Part shown: one piece after another, positions 7,924 to 16,509 of the stretch
Layout: the number at the start of each line of letters is the position of its first letter
Numbering within the stretch: position 1 is the first letter of the stretch
Origin: Chloroflexota bacterium
Lineage (GTDB): Bacteria > Chloroflexota > Dehalococcoidia > SM23-28-2 > RBG-16-64-32
DNA: 56,727 nt
Assembly: GCA_005882985.1 (NCBI GenBank)
Contig: VBEJ01000036.1
Span: 1 to 56,727 of the forward strand
Reading direction: 5' to 3'
Made by a program: the position numbers and the translations under genes
Notes under the pieces: model-generated
What the model saw: the letters and a program-made list of their open reading frames with translations, nothing else
What the model was told of the DNA's origin: nothing
Database searches by the model: none

Positions 7924-8469
7924 CTAGTCGCCGAGTGCCGTAGGGTAGCCGAGCGCGACTATGTCCTCGACGTATTCGGAACGCCAGCCGGGGTTCGGGA
8001 GGGGCGTGTGGCGCTCGCGGAACCAGGCGTGGATCTTGAGGTATTGCTCCTCGAGGTAGCGGCGCCAGTTGTTTTCTTCTTCGAAGAGGTCCGGGTCGAC
8101 TTCTTCCAGCCGCTTATCCATCTCTTCTGGATCGATGTCGAGGTCCTCCCGCCAGAAGTCAGCGAGATAGTCGAGAGTTTCCTCCAGGTTGCGGCGGCAT
8201 TCCTCCAGCAGCGAGTGCATGAAACCGTCCTCGTCCAGCCGCCGGCCGCGCAGGCGCACCTCGGTCGAGCAGTTCTCGCAGAGCAGGACGAACTTGCGGG
8301 CGTCGCAGTTTTCGCGCTTGGTGCAGCCTTCGCAGAGCGGCGCCCATTCGGAGGCTTCAGGCGTGCGGAGGTAGCCGACGAAGACGTCGTCAGTGAAGCT
8401 GCCGCAACGCGGGCACGACAGCTTCTTGGCAAGAATGTCGTTGATGGCGCGCTGCCAGTCGATCTGCAT
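7924..8469 (-). CDS. hypothetical Cys-rich (zinc-ribbon-like) protein with acidic C-terminal half
   Basis: Start set at ATG 8469 (MQIDWQRAIN...), which is in frame with track ORF 7924..8538. Motifs CPRC, CEGC and CENC, then a highly acidic helical region. First gene of a co-directional run with the flavodoxin-like and acyl-CoA ligase genes. Confidence 0.55.
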   Translation of the reverse strand: MQIDWQRAINDILAKKLSCPRCGSFTDDVFVGYLRTPEASEWAPLCEGCTKRENCDARKFVLLCENCSTEVRLRGRRLDEDGFMHSLLEECRRNLEETLDYLADFWREDLDIDPEEMDKRLEEVDPDLFEEENNWRRYLEEQYLKIHAWFRERHTPLPNPGWRSEYVEDIVALGYPTALGD

Positions 8470-8563
8470 GTAAGCGGTTAACCCCCGAATCAGCCTCTTC
8501 GGCAGGATACATGATATGGTATTTGGCCGAAGTGTCAACCGAACTTCTGCGCCGGCTCCGCCG

Positions 8564-9052
8564 ATGACTTATCGCATAACCCTCGAACGGAACACCCTGC
8601 GCTTTGCCGCGGCACACTTCACTACGTTCGGCGGGGAATGCGAGCCCATCCACGGGCATAACTACGACGTATTCGTAGAGGTTGAGGGGGAACTCAGCGC
8701 TGACTCGTGGGTGCTCGACTTCAGCGAAACGAAGCGCAGGGTGGCCGCGATCTGCGAGGAGCTGGACCACCGCTTTCTGCTGCCAACGAAAAGCAGGTCA
8801 CTGGGAATCGAGGAGCGTGACGGTGAATACGAGATCGCGTTCGGTGACCGGCGCTACGTGCTCCCCGAGAGCGACGTAGCGGCGCTGCCGATCGACAACT
8901 CGACTGCGGAGCGGCTGGCCGAGTGGCTGAACGTTCGTATCCGGGCTGTGCTGTCAGCGTCAGGGGCTTCGAATGTCGGGCGCGTCACGGTCGGAGTGGA
9001 GGAAGCACCGGGGCAAGCGGGCTGGTTCGCAAGCGACGGGCCAGAAGGCTAA
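8564..9052 (+). CDS. 6-pyruvoyl-tetrahydropterin synthase / QueD-like family protein
   Basis: Start at ATG 8564 (MTYRITLERN...). RFAAAHF...GECEPIHGHNYDVFVEVEG and VLDFSE are typical of the PTPS fold. Confidence 0.8.
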   Translation: MTYRITLERNTLRFAAAHFTTFGGECEPIHGHNYDVFVEVEGELSADSWVLDFSETKRRVAAICEELDHRFLLPTKSRSLGIEERDGEYEIAFGDRRYVLPESDVAALPIDNSTAERLAEWLNVRIRAVLSASGASNVGRVTVGVEEAPGQAGWFASDGPEG

Positions 9053-9097
9053 CCTATCGTGCAAAAACATTACATATTCATTTCCTACCCATTCCTG

Positions 9098-9125
9098 TTG
9101 CAATCTCTCCGCGGCGTGATATATG
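9098..9125 (+). promoter_or_regulatory. candidate promoter (TTGCAA-16 nt-TATATG with TGn extension) for the GNAT gene
   Basis: TTGCAA at 9098-9103 and TGATATATG at 9117-9125, inside an AT-rich intergenic patch about 35 nt upstream of the ATG at 9160. Confidence 0.35.
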
Positions 9126-9159
9126 CTTTCGCTCGCAACACGCCCAAAGGGGGAGATAG

Positions 9160-9750
9160 ATGACTGACGTAGCTACCGTCCAGAGAACTTACCCTTGGAC
9201 AACCAACGTGGACGGAGTGCGCCTCACGTTTCGGCTCATGGAGCCGTCTGACCGCCAGGCTGTTCTCGACTTCGCCCGGTTGCTGCCCAACGACGACCTG
9301 ATGTTCCTACGCACGGACATCACCCAGCCGAAGACGGTGGACGCCTGGATTAACTACATCAAGACCGGCCGCACGATAACTGTCGTCGCGGAAGCCGACG
9401 GCAAGATAGCCGGCTACGCGAGCATCCACCTGAACGATGCCCTCTGGACTCGCCACGTCGCCGAGCTGCGGGTCCTCGTGGCCCGGGATTATCGCGGACT
9501 GGGCCTTGGCAAGAAGCTAACGAATGAAGCCTTCGCGATCGCCAAGGATCTCTCGCTGAAGAAGATCACCGCCCAGATGCCGACGGATCAACGCGGCGCT
9601 CGCCAGGTGTTCGAGCGGCTCGGCTTCCGGCCCGAGGCACTGCTCGCCGACCACGTGATGTCCCGCGACGGGCAGACACACGACCTACTGATCATGTCGT
9701 ACGACGTGGCAGGCTTCAACAACGACGCTCACGGCAGGTCTCGAAACTAG
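9160..9750 (+). CDS. GNAT family N-acetyltransferase
   Basis: 196 aa. Acetyl-CoA binding loop VARDYRGLGLGKKL (R-x-x-G-x-G) and a GNAT beta-alpha pattern. RBS GGGGGAG upstream. Confidence 0.85.
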   Translation: MTDVATVQRTYPWTTNVDGVRLTFRLMEPSDRQAVLDFARLLPNDDLMFLRTDITQPKTVDAWINYIKTGRTITVVAEADGKIAGYASIHLNDALWTRHVAELRVLVARDYRGLGLGKKLTNEAFAIAKDLSLKKITAQMPTDQRGARQVFERLGFRPEALLADHVMSRDGQTHDLLIMSYDVAGFNNDAHGRSRN

Positions 9751-9812
9751 CCGAAGTCCCAGAAGAACAAAAGGCCGCCCATTAGGGCGGCCTCGATTTT
9801 TAGTCCGAATCG

Positions 9813-11324
9813 CTAACCGGCATCCGCCGCCATGCGCTCGCCTGCGGCCGCCGCGGAACCGCGGCGACGGCTTCCCACCCTCGTCGTTTGCCGGGCGGCA
9901 CCCATCTGTGGCAGGTCGGACCTATCCACGCCAGCGGCCGAGCGAAGCTCCACGAATGCCTGGTCCAGGAACTCCTTTAGCCTAGCGACGTCGGGAGCGG
10001 CGTTCGGGTCGGCCATGAGGCCGAAATAGAGCTTCTGATCATAGCTGGTCACCCCGCAGCCGACGCCCATCTCCCACGCAAGGGGCATCATCGGGTAATG
10101 GGCGAGCAACCGGTGACCGACGCTATACAGCGGGATCATCGGCCCGGGGATGTTCGTGCAGACGAGGTTCGCCAGGTTGTTGGGCGGCGGCGGCAGGAGC
10201 CCGGCGAGCGACTGGATAGCCGGCGGGACTGCGCCGAGAAAATCGGCGAGGATCTCCGTGCCGGACGCCACGTTTTGCCGCTTCAGCTTCTCCGTCGTCT
10301 CGGTTATTGTCCTGAGGCGGGTGACGGGATCGTGCTCGCCGGCCGGCGCCTCGATCAGCAGCATCGAGACACGGTTCCCGAGGTTGCCGCGCTCGTCTTC
10401 GCGGCGAACGTTGACCGGCGCCAGTATGCGCACCTTGCGGTCCTGCGTGCTATGACCATGCATCTCCAGGTAGCGCCCGAGCGCGCCGGCGAGGACTGTC
10501 AGCACGACGTCGTTGACTGTCCCGCCGCAGGAAGCGCGAATGCCGCGTATCTCCGCGAACGAGAACTCGCTGCAGGCCAACCGGCGCTCTCGTGTCAGGG
10601 GCTTGTTGAATGGCGCGCGAGCGACCGGGTTCGCCATGTATGGCTGCGTCGCCTCGAGGCTGCGCAGCGCGGTTCGGGTGCGGCTTTCGCCGGTGATCAT
10701 CGAGTCGACGGTGCTCTTCTGAAGGTCGCTCAGCCGGTCAAGGCGCTCGGTCATGTTATCGAAGATCGCGTCGATAAAGCGCGTAGGCGCCGCCGGAATC
10801 GACGGGCGGGCATCGATAACGACCGGCGGAGGAGGCGCCGGATTCGACGACACGTCAAAGACGATCATCAGGAGCTCGATGCCCGAGACGCCGTCCACGA
10901 GGCAGTGGTGAACCTTCGATACCAACGCGGTCCGATTACCTTCCAACCCTTCGACCTGGTACATCTCCCACAACGGCTTGTTGCGGTCGAGCATGCCTTC
11001 GAAAAGCTTCGCCGACGTCTCCATGAGCTGCACATCTGTTCCCGGCCGATCGAGCTTGACGCGCCGGACATGGCGGTGCAGGTCGAAATCGGGGTCCCAT
11101 TCCCAGGTCGGGTGGCCGATGTTGAACGGCGCCGGTACGGCGCGCTGCTGGTAGCGCGGAATCAGGTGGATCTTAGACGCGATGTTCTGAACGAAGCGCT
11201 CATAGGGGACAGCCCCGTCGAAAATGGCTATGGAGCCGATATGCAAGGGCGCTTCCGGTCGCTCCATATAGAGGAAAGACGCGTCCTGCGCACTGAAGCG
11301 CCTTCTGTCATTGTCTTGGGACAT
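9813..11324 (-). CDS. wax ester synthase/diacylglycerol acyltransferase (WS/DGAT) family O-acyltransferase
   Basis: 503 aa. Catalytic HHxxxDG motif (HHCLVDGVSG), N-terminal PLHIG, C-terminal NIPGP. Confidence 0.9.
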   Translation of the reverse strand: MSQDNDRRRFSAQDASFLYMERPEAPLHIGSIAIFDGAVPYERFVQNIASKIHLIPRYQQRAVPAPFNIGHPTWEWDPDFDLHRHVRRVKLDRPGTDVQLMETSAKLFEGMLDRNKPLWEMYQVEGLEGNRTALVSKVHHCLVDGVSGIELLMIVFDVSSNPAPPPPVVIDARPSIPAAPTRFIDAIFDNMTERLDRLSDLQKSTVDSMITGESRTRTALRSLEATQPYMANPVARAPFNKPLTRERRLACSEFSFAEIRGIRASCGGTVNDVVLTVLAGALGRYLEMHGHSTQDRKVRILAPVNVRREDERGNLGNRVSMLLIEAPAGEHDPVTRLRTITETTEKLKRQNVASGTEILADFLGAVPPAIQSLAGLLPPPPNNLANLVCTNIPGPMIPLYSVGHRLLAHYPMMPLAWEMGVGCGVTSYDQKLYFGLMADPNAAPDVARLKEFLDQAFVELRSAAGVDRSDLPQMGAARQTTRVGSRRRGSAAAAGERMAADAG

Positions 11325-11514
11325 CGTCGCTTCCCTTCACCCGGACGGGCTTTCATGATGGGCTGACAACCTGCCGGTCCGGTTGACCCCCCGCAAGCGA
11401 TAAAGGCATTATATACCGTCACTAGCGAAGGGGAACCTCTAAATGCGACTTTTCTAAGCGGGAAAAGCGCGCTCTGTTAATATAGAACCACGGTACGTCT
11501 ATTAGCGGTGCTAT

Positions 11515-12306
11515 ATGGCGAAAAGGCGTAAGTACCTTGACGAAGAGTTCGAAGCAAGCGCCTCTCTTCCGCTGTGGCGAGAGGCATTGCTGGGTATCGA
11601 CTGGCTTTCGCTTCGAATCTCTGCCGTCTATCTAGGAATCGGCATCCCGCACGGCGACAACTCCGCCGTGCTGATAATCCCCGGGTTCATGGGCTCCGAT
11701 CAGTACCTCGGCGATATGTACAGTTGGCTCGGCCGCATCGGCTACCAGCCATATCTTTCCGGCATCGGCCGCAATGCGGACTGTCCGGAGGTCCTGACGA
11801 TGCGCCTGCGTGAGACGATCGACCGCGCTTCCGAAGAATCGGGAGGCAAAGTGCATCTCGTTGGGCATAGCCTTGGCGGCGTAATTGCCCGCGGTGCGGC
11901 CACCCGCTGGCCCCATCTCGTCGCCTCCGTGACGACGATGGCCTCTCCCTTCCGCGGTGTCCGCGTTCATCCGTTCGTCCTTCAGACGGCGTTCCTCGTG
12001 CGCGGTCGCATCCGGCAGCGGCGGAACGGTCCGTCCGTCATGCCCAACTGTTACAGCGGCGAGTGCGCATGCGAGTTCGTCACGTCCGTGCGCGCGAACT
12101 TCCCGGCGTCCATGCCGAAGCTGGCTATCTACACTACGACGGACGGCGTCGTAGACTGGCGCTGCTGCATCAATGAAGACGGCACGGACGTAGAGGTGCC
12201 CGGGACTCACGTCGGCCTCGCTTTCAACCCACAGGTGTACCGCCACATCGCAAACTTCCTCGCCGCACCCGAGAATTACAACCGCAAGCGCCGTGGCGCC
12301 GCTTAG
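11515..12306 (+). CDS. alpha/beta hydrolase, lipase/esterase-like
   Basis: 263 aa. Nucleophile elbow GHSLGG in HLVGHSLGGVIARG. Divergent from the WS/DGAT gene. Confidence 0.8.
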   Translation: MAKRRKYLDEEFEASASLPLWREALLGIDWLSLRISAVYLGIGIPHGDNSAVLIIPGFMGSDQYLGDMYSWLGRIGYQPYLSGIGRNADCPEVLTMRLRETIDRASEESGGKVHLVGHSLGGVIARGAATRWPHLVASVTTMASPFRGVRVHPFVLQTAFLVRGRIRQRRNGPSVMPNCYSGECACEFVTSVRANFPASMPKLAIYTTTDGVVDWRCCINEDGTDVEVPGTHVGLAFNPQVYRHIANFLAAPENYNRKRRGAA

Positions 12307-13141
12307 CACCCGCTCCCGGCCAAACGGCATCGCGCGCTTCATTCCGCGGGGTAAGCTACGTCCGTTCGTCGATCTGATCTTGCAGTACAACGGCCTATTG
12401 CAGGCGCACGACCTCGAACGTGTCCTGCCCACCGGCACGATGAGTATCATTATCAACCTGGCCGACGACAAGTCGCGCAAATACGCTCCGGCCGACCCAC
12501 GCCGCGTCGAGCGCCTCCCGGGTAGTATCCTCAGCGGCCCTCACGGCGCCTACTTCTTGATCGGCACAGCCGAACAGGCGTCCGTTCTCGGCGTCGCGTT
12601 CACGCCCGGCGGCGCGGCTCCTTTCCTCCACATGCCGGCGAGCGAGGTCCGCGATCTACTTGTCTCTCTGGAGGATGTCTGGGGCGCCGAAGCGCACGGC
12701 CTTCGTGAGCGGCTGCTCGAAGCCACACCCGATGGCCGCTTCGCGATTCTGGAAAGCTGGCTGCTGCAGCAGGCTTGCGGCGACCTCACCCAGCACCCGG
12801 CCGTTACCCACGCTCTGACCGAGTTCGGCGGCGTGCCTCACATACAGAGCGTTTCCGAGGTCACTGATCACGTTGGCCTCAGCTCCCGGCGTTTCATAGA
12901 GGTCTTCGACGACGAAATCGGCCTGACTCCAAAGCTCTACTGCCGCATTCGGCGCTTTCAGCACGCGATCAGGCTAGTCCACGAGAGCGATGACGTCGAC
13001 TGGGCAGACCTGGCCGCCCGAGTGGGCTACTACGATCAATCGCATTTGATCGGGGAGTTCCAGGAGTTCTCCGGGCTCAACCCGAGCGCTTACCTCAAAG
13101 ACCGTGGCATCCACATGAACCATGTGCCGTTTCGGGCCTGA
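12293..13141 (+). CDS. AraC family transcriptional regulator
   Basis: 282 aa, GTG start overlapping the lipase 3' end by 14 nt. C-terminal double HTH (SRRFIEVFDDEIGLTPKLYCRIRRFQHAI...GYYDQSHLIGEFQEFSGLNPSAY). Confidence 0.8.
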   Translation: MAPLSTRSRPNGIARFIPRGKLRPFVDLILQYNGLLQAHDLERVLPTGTMSIIINLADDKSRKYAPADPRRVERLPGSILSGPHGAYFLIGTAEQASVLGVAFTPGGAAPFLHMPASEVRDLLVSLEDVWGAEAHGLRERLLEATPDGRFAILESWLLQQACGDLTQHPAVTHALTEFGGVPHIQSVSEVTDHVGLSSRRFIEVFDDEIGLTPKLYCRIRRFQHAIRLVHESDDVDWADLAARVGYYDQSHLIGEFQEFSGLNPSAYLKDRGIHMNHVPFRA

Positions 13142-13218
13142 TCCCCTGGCCGGGTCAATTTCTTACAATACTCGCTGCTATCGGCCGTCGGACAATTGGG
13201 GCGGAAAGGAGGAGCGTA

Positions 13219-13587
13219 ATGGCAAGCGTTCGGTACATGGTCAATAACGTCAGTGAGGCGATGGAATTCTACTGCGAGCGCCTCGGATTCGCCATTGAGA
13301 GGGACATGCACCCGAACTTCGCGTCTGTTCGCCTCGACGACCTCTCGCTCTGGCTCGCTGGGCCGGGCAGCTCCGCCGGCCGGCCGATGCCGGACGGCGC
13401 GAAGCCGGAGGCGGGCGGGTGGAATCGGCTAGTGATCCATGTCGATGACATCGAGGCGCTTGTTCAGCGACTCAAGGATGCCGGAGCCTCCTTCAGAAAC
13501 GAGATCGTGCGTGGCCCGGGAGGCGCGCAGATTCTCATCCAGGACCCTTCCGGCAACGTCGTCGAGCTGTTTCAGCCGGCGTCATAG
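13219..13587 (+). CDS. VOC (glyoxalase/bleomycin resistance/dioxygenase) family protein
   Basis: 122 aa. RBS AAGGAGG. VNNVSEAMEFYCERLGF ... GGAQILIQDPSGNVVELFQP is typical of the VOC fold. Confidence 0.85.
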   Translation: MASVRYMVNNVSEAMEFYCERLGFAIERDMHPNFASVRLDDLSLWLAGPGSSAGRPMPDGAKPEAGGWNRLVIHVDDIEALVQRLKDAGASFRNEIVRGPGGAQILIQDPSGNVVELFQPAS

Positions 13588-13625
13588 TCCATCTCTGGAG
13601 CCTACAGGTCGATCACGGAGGCGCA

Positions 13626-13999
13626 GTGGCGAACAAGAGCGCCTTAGACCGTGTGCGCGAGATCTGCCTCGCCCTACCCGAGGCGACGGAGAAGCCCTTC
13701 GGCGGACATACTGATCCGACCTGGCGGGTGCCAGACAAGATCTTCGCGATGTACAGCGACAACCACCACGGCGACGGAAGGGTCTCGCAGTGCAAGGCAC
13801 CTCCGGGGGCACAGGAAGTGCTGACCGGCGCAGACCCCCAGCGCTTCTTCATCCCGCCCTATGTCGGTCATATTGCTGGGTCGGTATACGACTCGACGTC
13901 CGGCCGGTCGATTGGGATGTCCTCGCAGCCCTCGTCAATGACAGCTACAGGATGACCGCGCCGAAAGGGCTGCTAAAGCAGCTAGACCCGGCTGGCTAA
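13626..13999 (+). pseudogene. MmcQ/YjbR-like gene disrupted by a -1 frameshift
   Basis: Frame A (13626..) gives ALDRVREICLALPEATEKPFGGH...FFIPPYVGH. Frame B (to TAA at 13997-13999) continues WVGIRLDVRPVDWDVLAALVNDSYRMTAPKGL. Together they recreate a complete YjbR-type protein. The junction at 13872-13880 fits loss of one G from a GGC codon. Confidence 0.7.
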
Positions 14000-14023
14000 A
14001 GGATGCGAAAAGGAGGAAACTCT

Positions 14024-14473
14024 ATGCCCGAGAACAATAACAACGTCGCGAACAACGTCGCGCAACACATCGTCCCGATGATCGCCTATGAGAATGGCGC
14101 CGGGGCGATCGACTGGCTGGTACGCGCCTTCGGATTTCGGGAGGTTATACGCATGTCAGACAACGACGGGCGTATCGGCCACGCGGAGCTCGAGCTCGGC
14201 GGGGGCGTGATCATGCTGGCCTCGGCGACGCCCGACTACCAGAGCCCGCGACGTCACCGCGAGCAGTGCGAGCCGGCGAGGGCATGGTCGGCCGTTCCGT
14301 GGATTATCGATGGAGTGATGGTCCAAGTGAGCGACGCCGACTCCCACCATCAGCAAGCCCGGAAGGCCGGTGCACACATCCTGTCGGAGCCGGAAGACAA
14401 GCCATTCGGCCGCATCTACCGGGCCGAAGACCTGGAAGGCCACAGATGGATGTTCTTGCAAGCAGCCGGCTAG
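14024..14473 (+). CDS. VOC family protein (PhnB-like)
   Basis: Start at ATG 14024, just downstream of AAGGAGGAAAC. IGHAELELGGGVIMLAS...FGRIYRAEDLEGHRWMF is typical of PhnB/glyoxalase-like proteins. Confidence 0.85.
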   Translation: MPENNNNVANNVAQHIVPMIAYENGAGAIDWLVRAFGFREVIRMSDNDGRIGHAELELGGGVIMLASATPDYQSPRRHREQCEPARAWSAVPWIIDGVMVQVSDADSHHQQARKAGAHILSEPEDKPFGRIYRAEDLEGHRWMFLQAAG

Positions 14474-14517
14474 CCGGCTGAGCGACCAAGATTCGAGCAA
14501 GAGAAGGAGGAAAGAAA

Positions 14518-14955
14518 ATGGCAGTTAAATGGATTCCTGAGGGTTACCACGTGGTGACGCCATATTTCGTCGTGCCCGGCGCGGCGGACTTCATCGAGTT
14601 CCTGAAGGAAGCATTCGGCGCGCAGGAGAGGGAACGGTTCGGCCCGCCTGACGGCCAGATCATGCACGCGGAAGTGAGCATCGGCGACTCTGTAATCATG
14701 CTCGGCGACGCCTCCGCTGAGTTCGAGGCCACACGTTCCTCGACACACCTGTATGTGGACGATGTCGATGCGGCGTACGAGCGCGCACTCGGAGCGGGCG
14801 GCGAGTCCCTGCGTGAGCCGCAGGACCAGTTCTACGGAGACCGCAGCGCGGGGATTAGGGACCGCTTCGGCAACCAGTGGTGGCTGGCAACCCACGTCGA
14901 AGAGGTCTCGGTAGAGGAGATGCAGAGGCGTCAGGCGGCAATGGCGCAGGCCTGA
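14518..14955 (+). CDS. VOC family protein (PhnB-like), paralogue of the preceding gene
   Basis: 145 aa. RBS GAAGGAGG. IMHAEVSIGDSVIMLGD...FYGDRSAGIRDRFGNQWWLATH. Confidence 0.85.
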   Translation: MAVKWIPEGYHVVTPYFVVPGAADFIEFLKEAFGAQERERFGPPDGQIMHAEVSIGDSVIMLGDASAEFEATRSSTHLYVDDVDAAYERALGAGGESLREPQDQFYGDRSAGIRDRFGNQWWLATHVEEVSVEEMQRRQAAMAQA

Positions 14956-14976
14956 CGACCCGCGGAACCAGAAGGA

Positions 14977-15004
14977 GAGACGCCCCGGAGAACCGGGGCG
15001 TCTC
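14977..15004. terminator. perfect 12-bp GC-rich hairpin between convergent genes (bidirectional terminator candidate)
   Basis: GAGACGCCCCGG-AGAA-CCGGGGCGTCTC. Lies between the VOC stop (14955) and the phasin-like stop (15031). Confidence 0.6.
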
Positions 15005-15030
15005 ATCGCTGCGGGAGAGGGGAAGGCGAT

Positions 15031-15516
15031 TTAGCTGGCGGTGTCGGACGACTCGCGGGCGCTCTTGCGCGCGGCCGCCTTCGGGCGGCCGTTGGTGGCG
15101 CGGTTGCGGATGCTCTGGACGGCCGTGCCTGCGCGGCCGACGGCCTCTCGCGTCGCCTCGATCGCGGCCTGGCCAGCGGAGCGGTTGGACTCAATCACGC
15201 GCCGCACAACCTCGCGGCCCTCACGCTGGCTGTCCGAAAGCTCGTCCAGCAGCTGGCGCGTTAGATCGAGCACGCGCCCCTGGGAGTCCGTCGCCGAACG
15301 CACGGCGGCGGTGTAGAAGCCGCTCACGTCTCGCGGTGACGAGGCGATTCGCCGGGTGAGGTCGATCGCTTCGCGCTGGCCGCGCTCAACCTCGTCGATG
15401 AGCTGCCGGGAGACGCGGTAGCCGCGGTCGTTAGCCGACTTGGCGGCATCGAGGAGCGCGTCATAGGCCTCGTTCACCGCGGTGAAGAACTTGTCCACAT
15501 TTTCTGTCCTGGGCAT
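15031..15516 (-). CDS. phasin-like PHA granule-associated protein (putative)
   Basis: 161 aa. All-helical, Ala/Arg/Glu-rich, no TM segment. Divergent from the PadR-PhaE/R-PhaC operon. Assignment rests on context and composition only. Confidence 0.5.
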   Translation of the reverse strand: MPRTENVDKFFTAVNEAYDALLDAAKSANDRGYRVSRQLIDEVERGQREAIDLTRRIASSPRDVSGFYTAAVRSATDSQGRVLDLTRQLLDELSDSQREGREVVRRVIESNRSAGQAAIEATREAVGRAGTAVQSIRNRATNGRPKAAARKSARESSDTAS

Positions 15517-15531
15517 TGGTCTAACCTCCTA

Positions 15532-15585
15532 TTGACAAAGAATTTATCTAGGTGCAGAATACACATAGCAGCAATTTGATGTCAA
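15532..15585 (+). promoter_or_regulatory. promoter (TTGACA-17 nt-CAGAAT) bracketed by an imperfect 13-bp inverted repeat (operator candidate)
   Basis: -35 at 15532-15537 and -10 at 15555-15560. Left arm TTGACAAAGAATT (15532-15544) matches the reverse complement of right arm AATTTGATGTCAA (15573-15585) at 10 of 13 positions. Confidence 0.45.
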
Positions 15586-15612
15586 CCCCCTTGAGAGGGC
15601 GAATTTCAGAAA

Positions 15613-16071
15613 ATGGCGAAGACAGCTAAGAAAAACACGGAAAACGACGCAGCCCATAACGGCAAACCGGTAGGCTCTCCATTTAGTCCTCGCCTGCACG
15701 GCGATCTGCTCAGCTCCAGCTTGCTGGCCTACCTGCGCCGCTGGAATGCATACGGCTATCAGCTCGTGCAGGAACTGGGAAAGGCCGGCCTCGCGAGCTT
15801 CGACTCGACGACTGTCTACCGGACGCTTCGACAGCTGGAACGCGCCGGGCTGGTCTCGTCCTTCTGGGACACGTCGGAATCCGGGCCCGCGCGGCGGATG
15901 TATGCCCTCACCCAAGCTGGAGAGGCTATGCTCGAAGTGTGGCTGGAGCTGTTCGGCCGCTATCAGCAGGTATTGCATTCCGCCCTCAACTCGTTAGACA
16001 ATCTCAACCGTCCCGCCGCCCGGCGGTCCGAGGCCGCTGATGGCCCGGACGAGCCGGCAGAGGAGAAGTAA
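15613..16071 (+). CDS. PadR family transcriptional regulator (PhaQ-like position)
   Basis: 152 aa. Winged helix YGYQLVQELGKAG...STVYRTLRQLERAGLVSSFW...RRMYALTQAGE. Its stop abuts the next ATG. Confidence 0.85.
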   Translation: MAKTAKKNTENDAAHNGKPVGSPFSPRLHGDLLSSSLLAYLRRWNAYGYQLVQELGKAGLASFDSTTVYRTLRQLERAGLVSSFWDTSESGPARRMYALTQAGEAMLEVWLELFGRYQQVLHSALNSLDNLNRPAARRSEAADGPDEPAEEK

Positions 16072-16479
16072 ATGCCTGAGACGAGCACCCGCACCGACGG
16101 CGCCGCCGGCGAGGCGATGGAACTGTGGCGAAACTGGCTGACCGAGACGGAGCGCCAATGGAACAGCTTCTTTGCCGAGGTCATGGGCCGAGACTCTTTC
16201 GGCCGCGTCGCCGGCAGCTATATGGAGGCCTACTCCGTCGTGCAGCGCGCGCTCAACCAGGGGATGGAGCGTTACCTGAACACGTTCAACCTTCCGACGC
16301 ACAGCGACGTGGTCGAACTTGGCGAGCGGCTGCATAACATCGAGGAGCGGCTGGCGACGCTCGAGGCGAACCTGAACAACCTCGCTTCCGCGGCCGGCAT
16401 CCCGACCACGGCAGCCGTCACCCAACTGCGGCCGCGCCGAACGCGCCGCCCCCGCACGTCCAAGAACGAATCCAAGTAA
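16072..16479 (+). CDS. small PHA synthase partner subunit (PhaE/PhaR-like)
   Basis: 135 aa. WRNWLTETERQWNSFFAEVMG...NLPTHSDVVELGERLHNIEERLATLEANL resembles the conserved core of PhaE/PhaR subunits. Sits immediately upstream of phaC. Confidence 0.6.
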   Translation: MPETSTRTDGAAGEAMELWRNWLTETERQWNSFFAEVMGRDSFGRVAGSYMEAYSVVQRALNQGMERYLNTFNLPTHSDVVELGERLHNIEERLATLEANLNNLASAAGIPTTAAVTQLRPRRTRRPRTSKNESK

Positions 16480-16509
16480 CAGTCCATCCCCGCTCCAAGG
16501 AGGGCAGCC

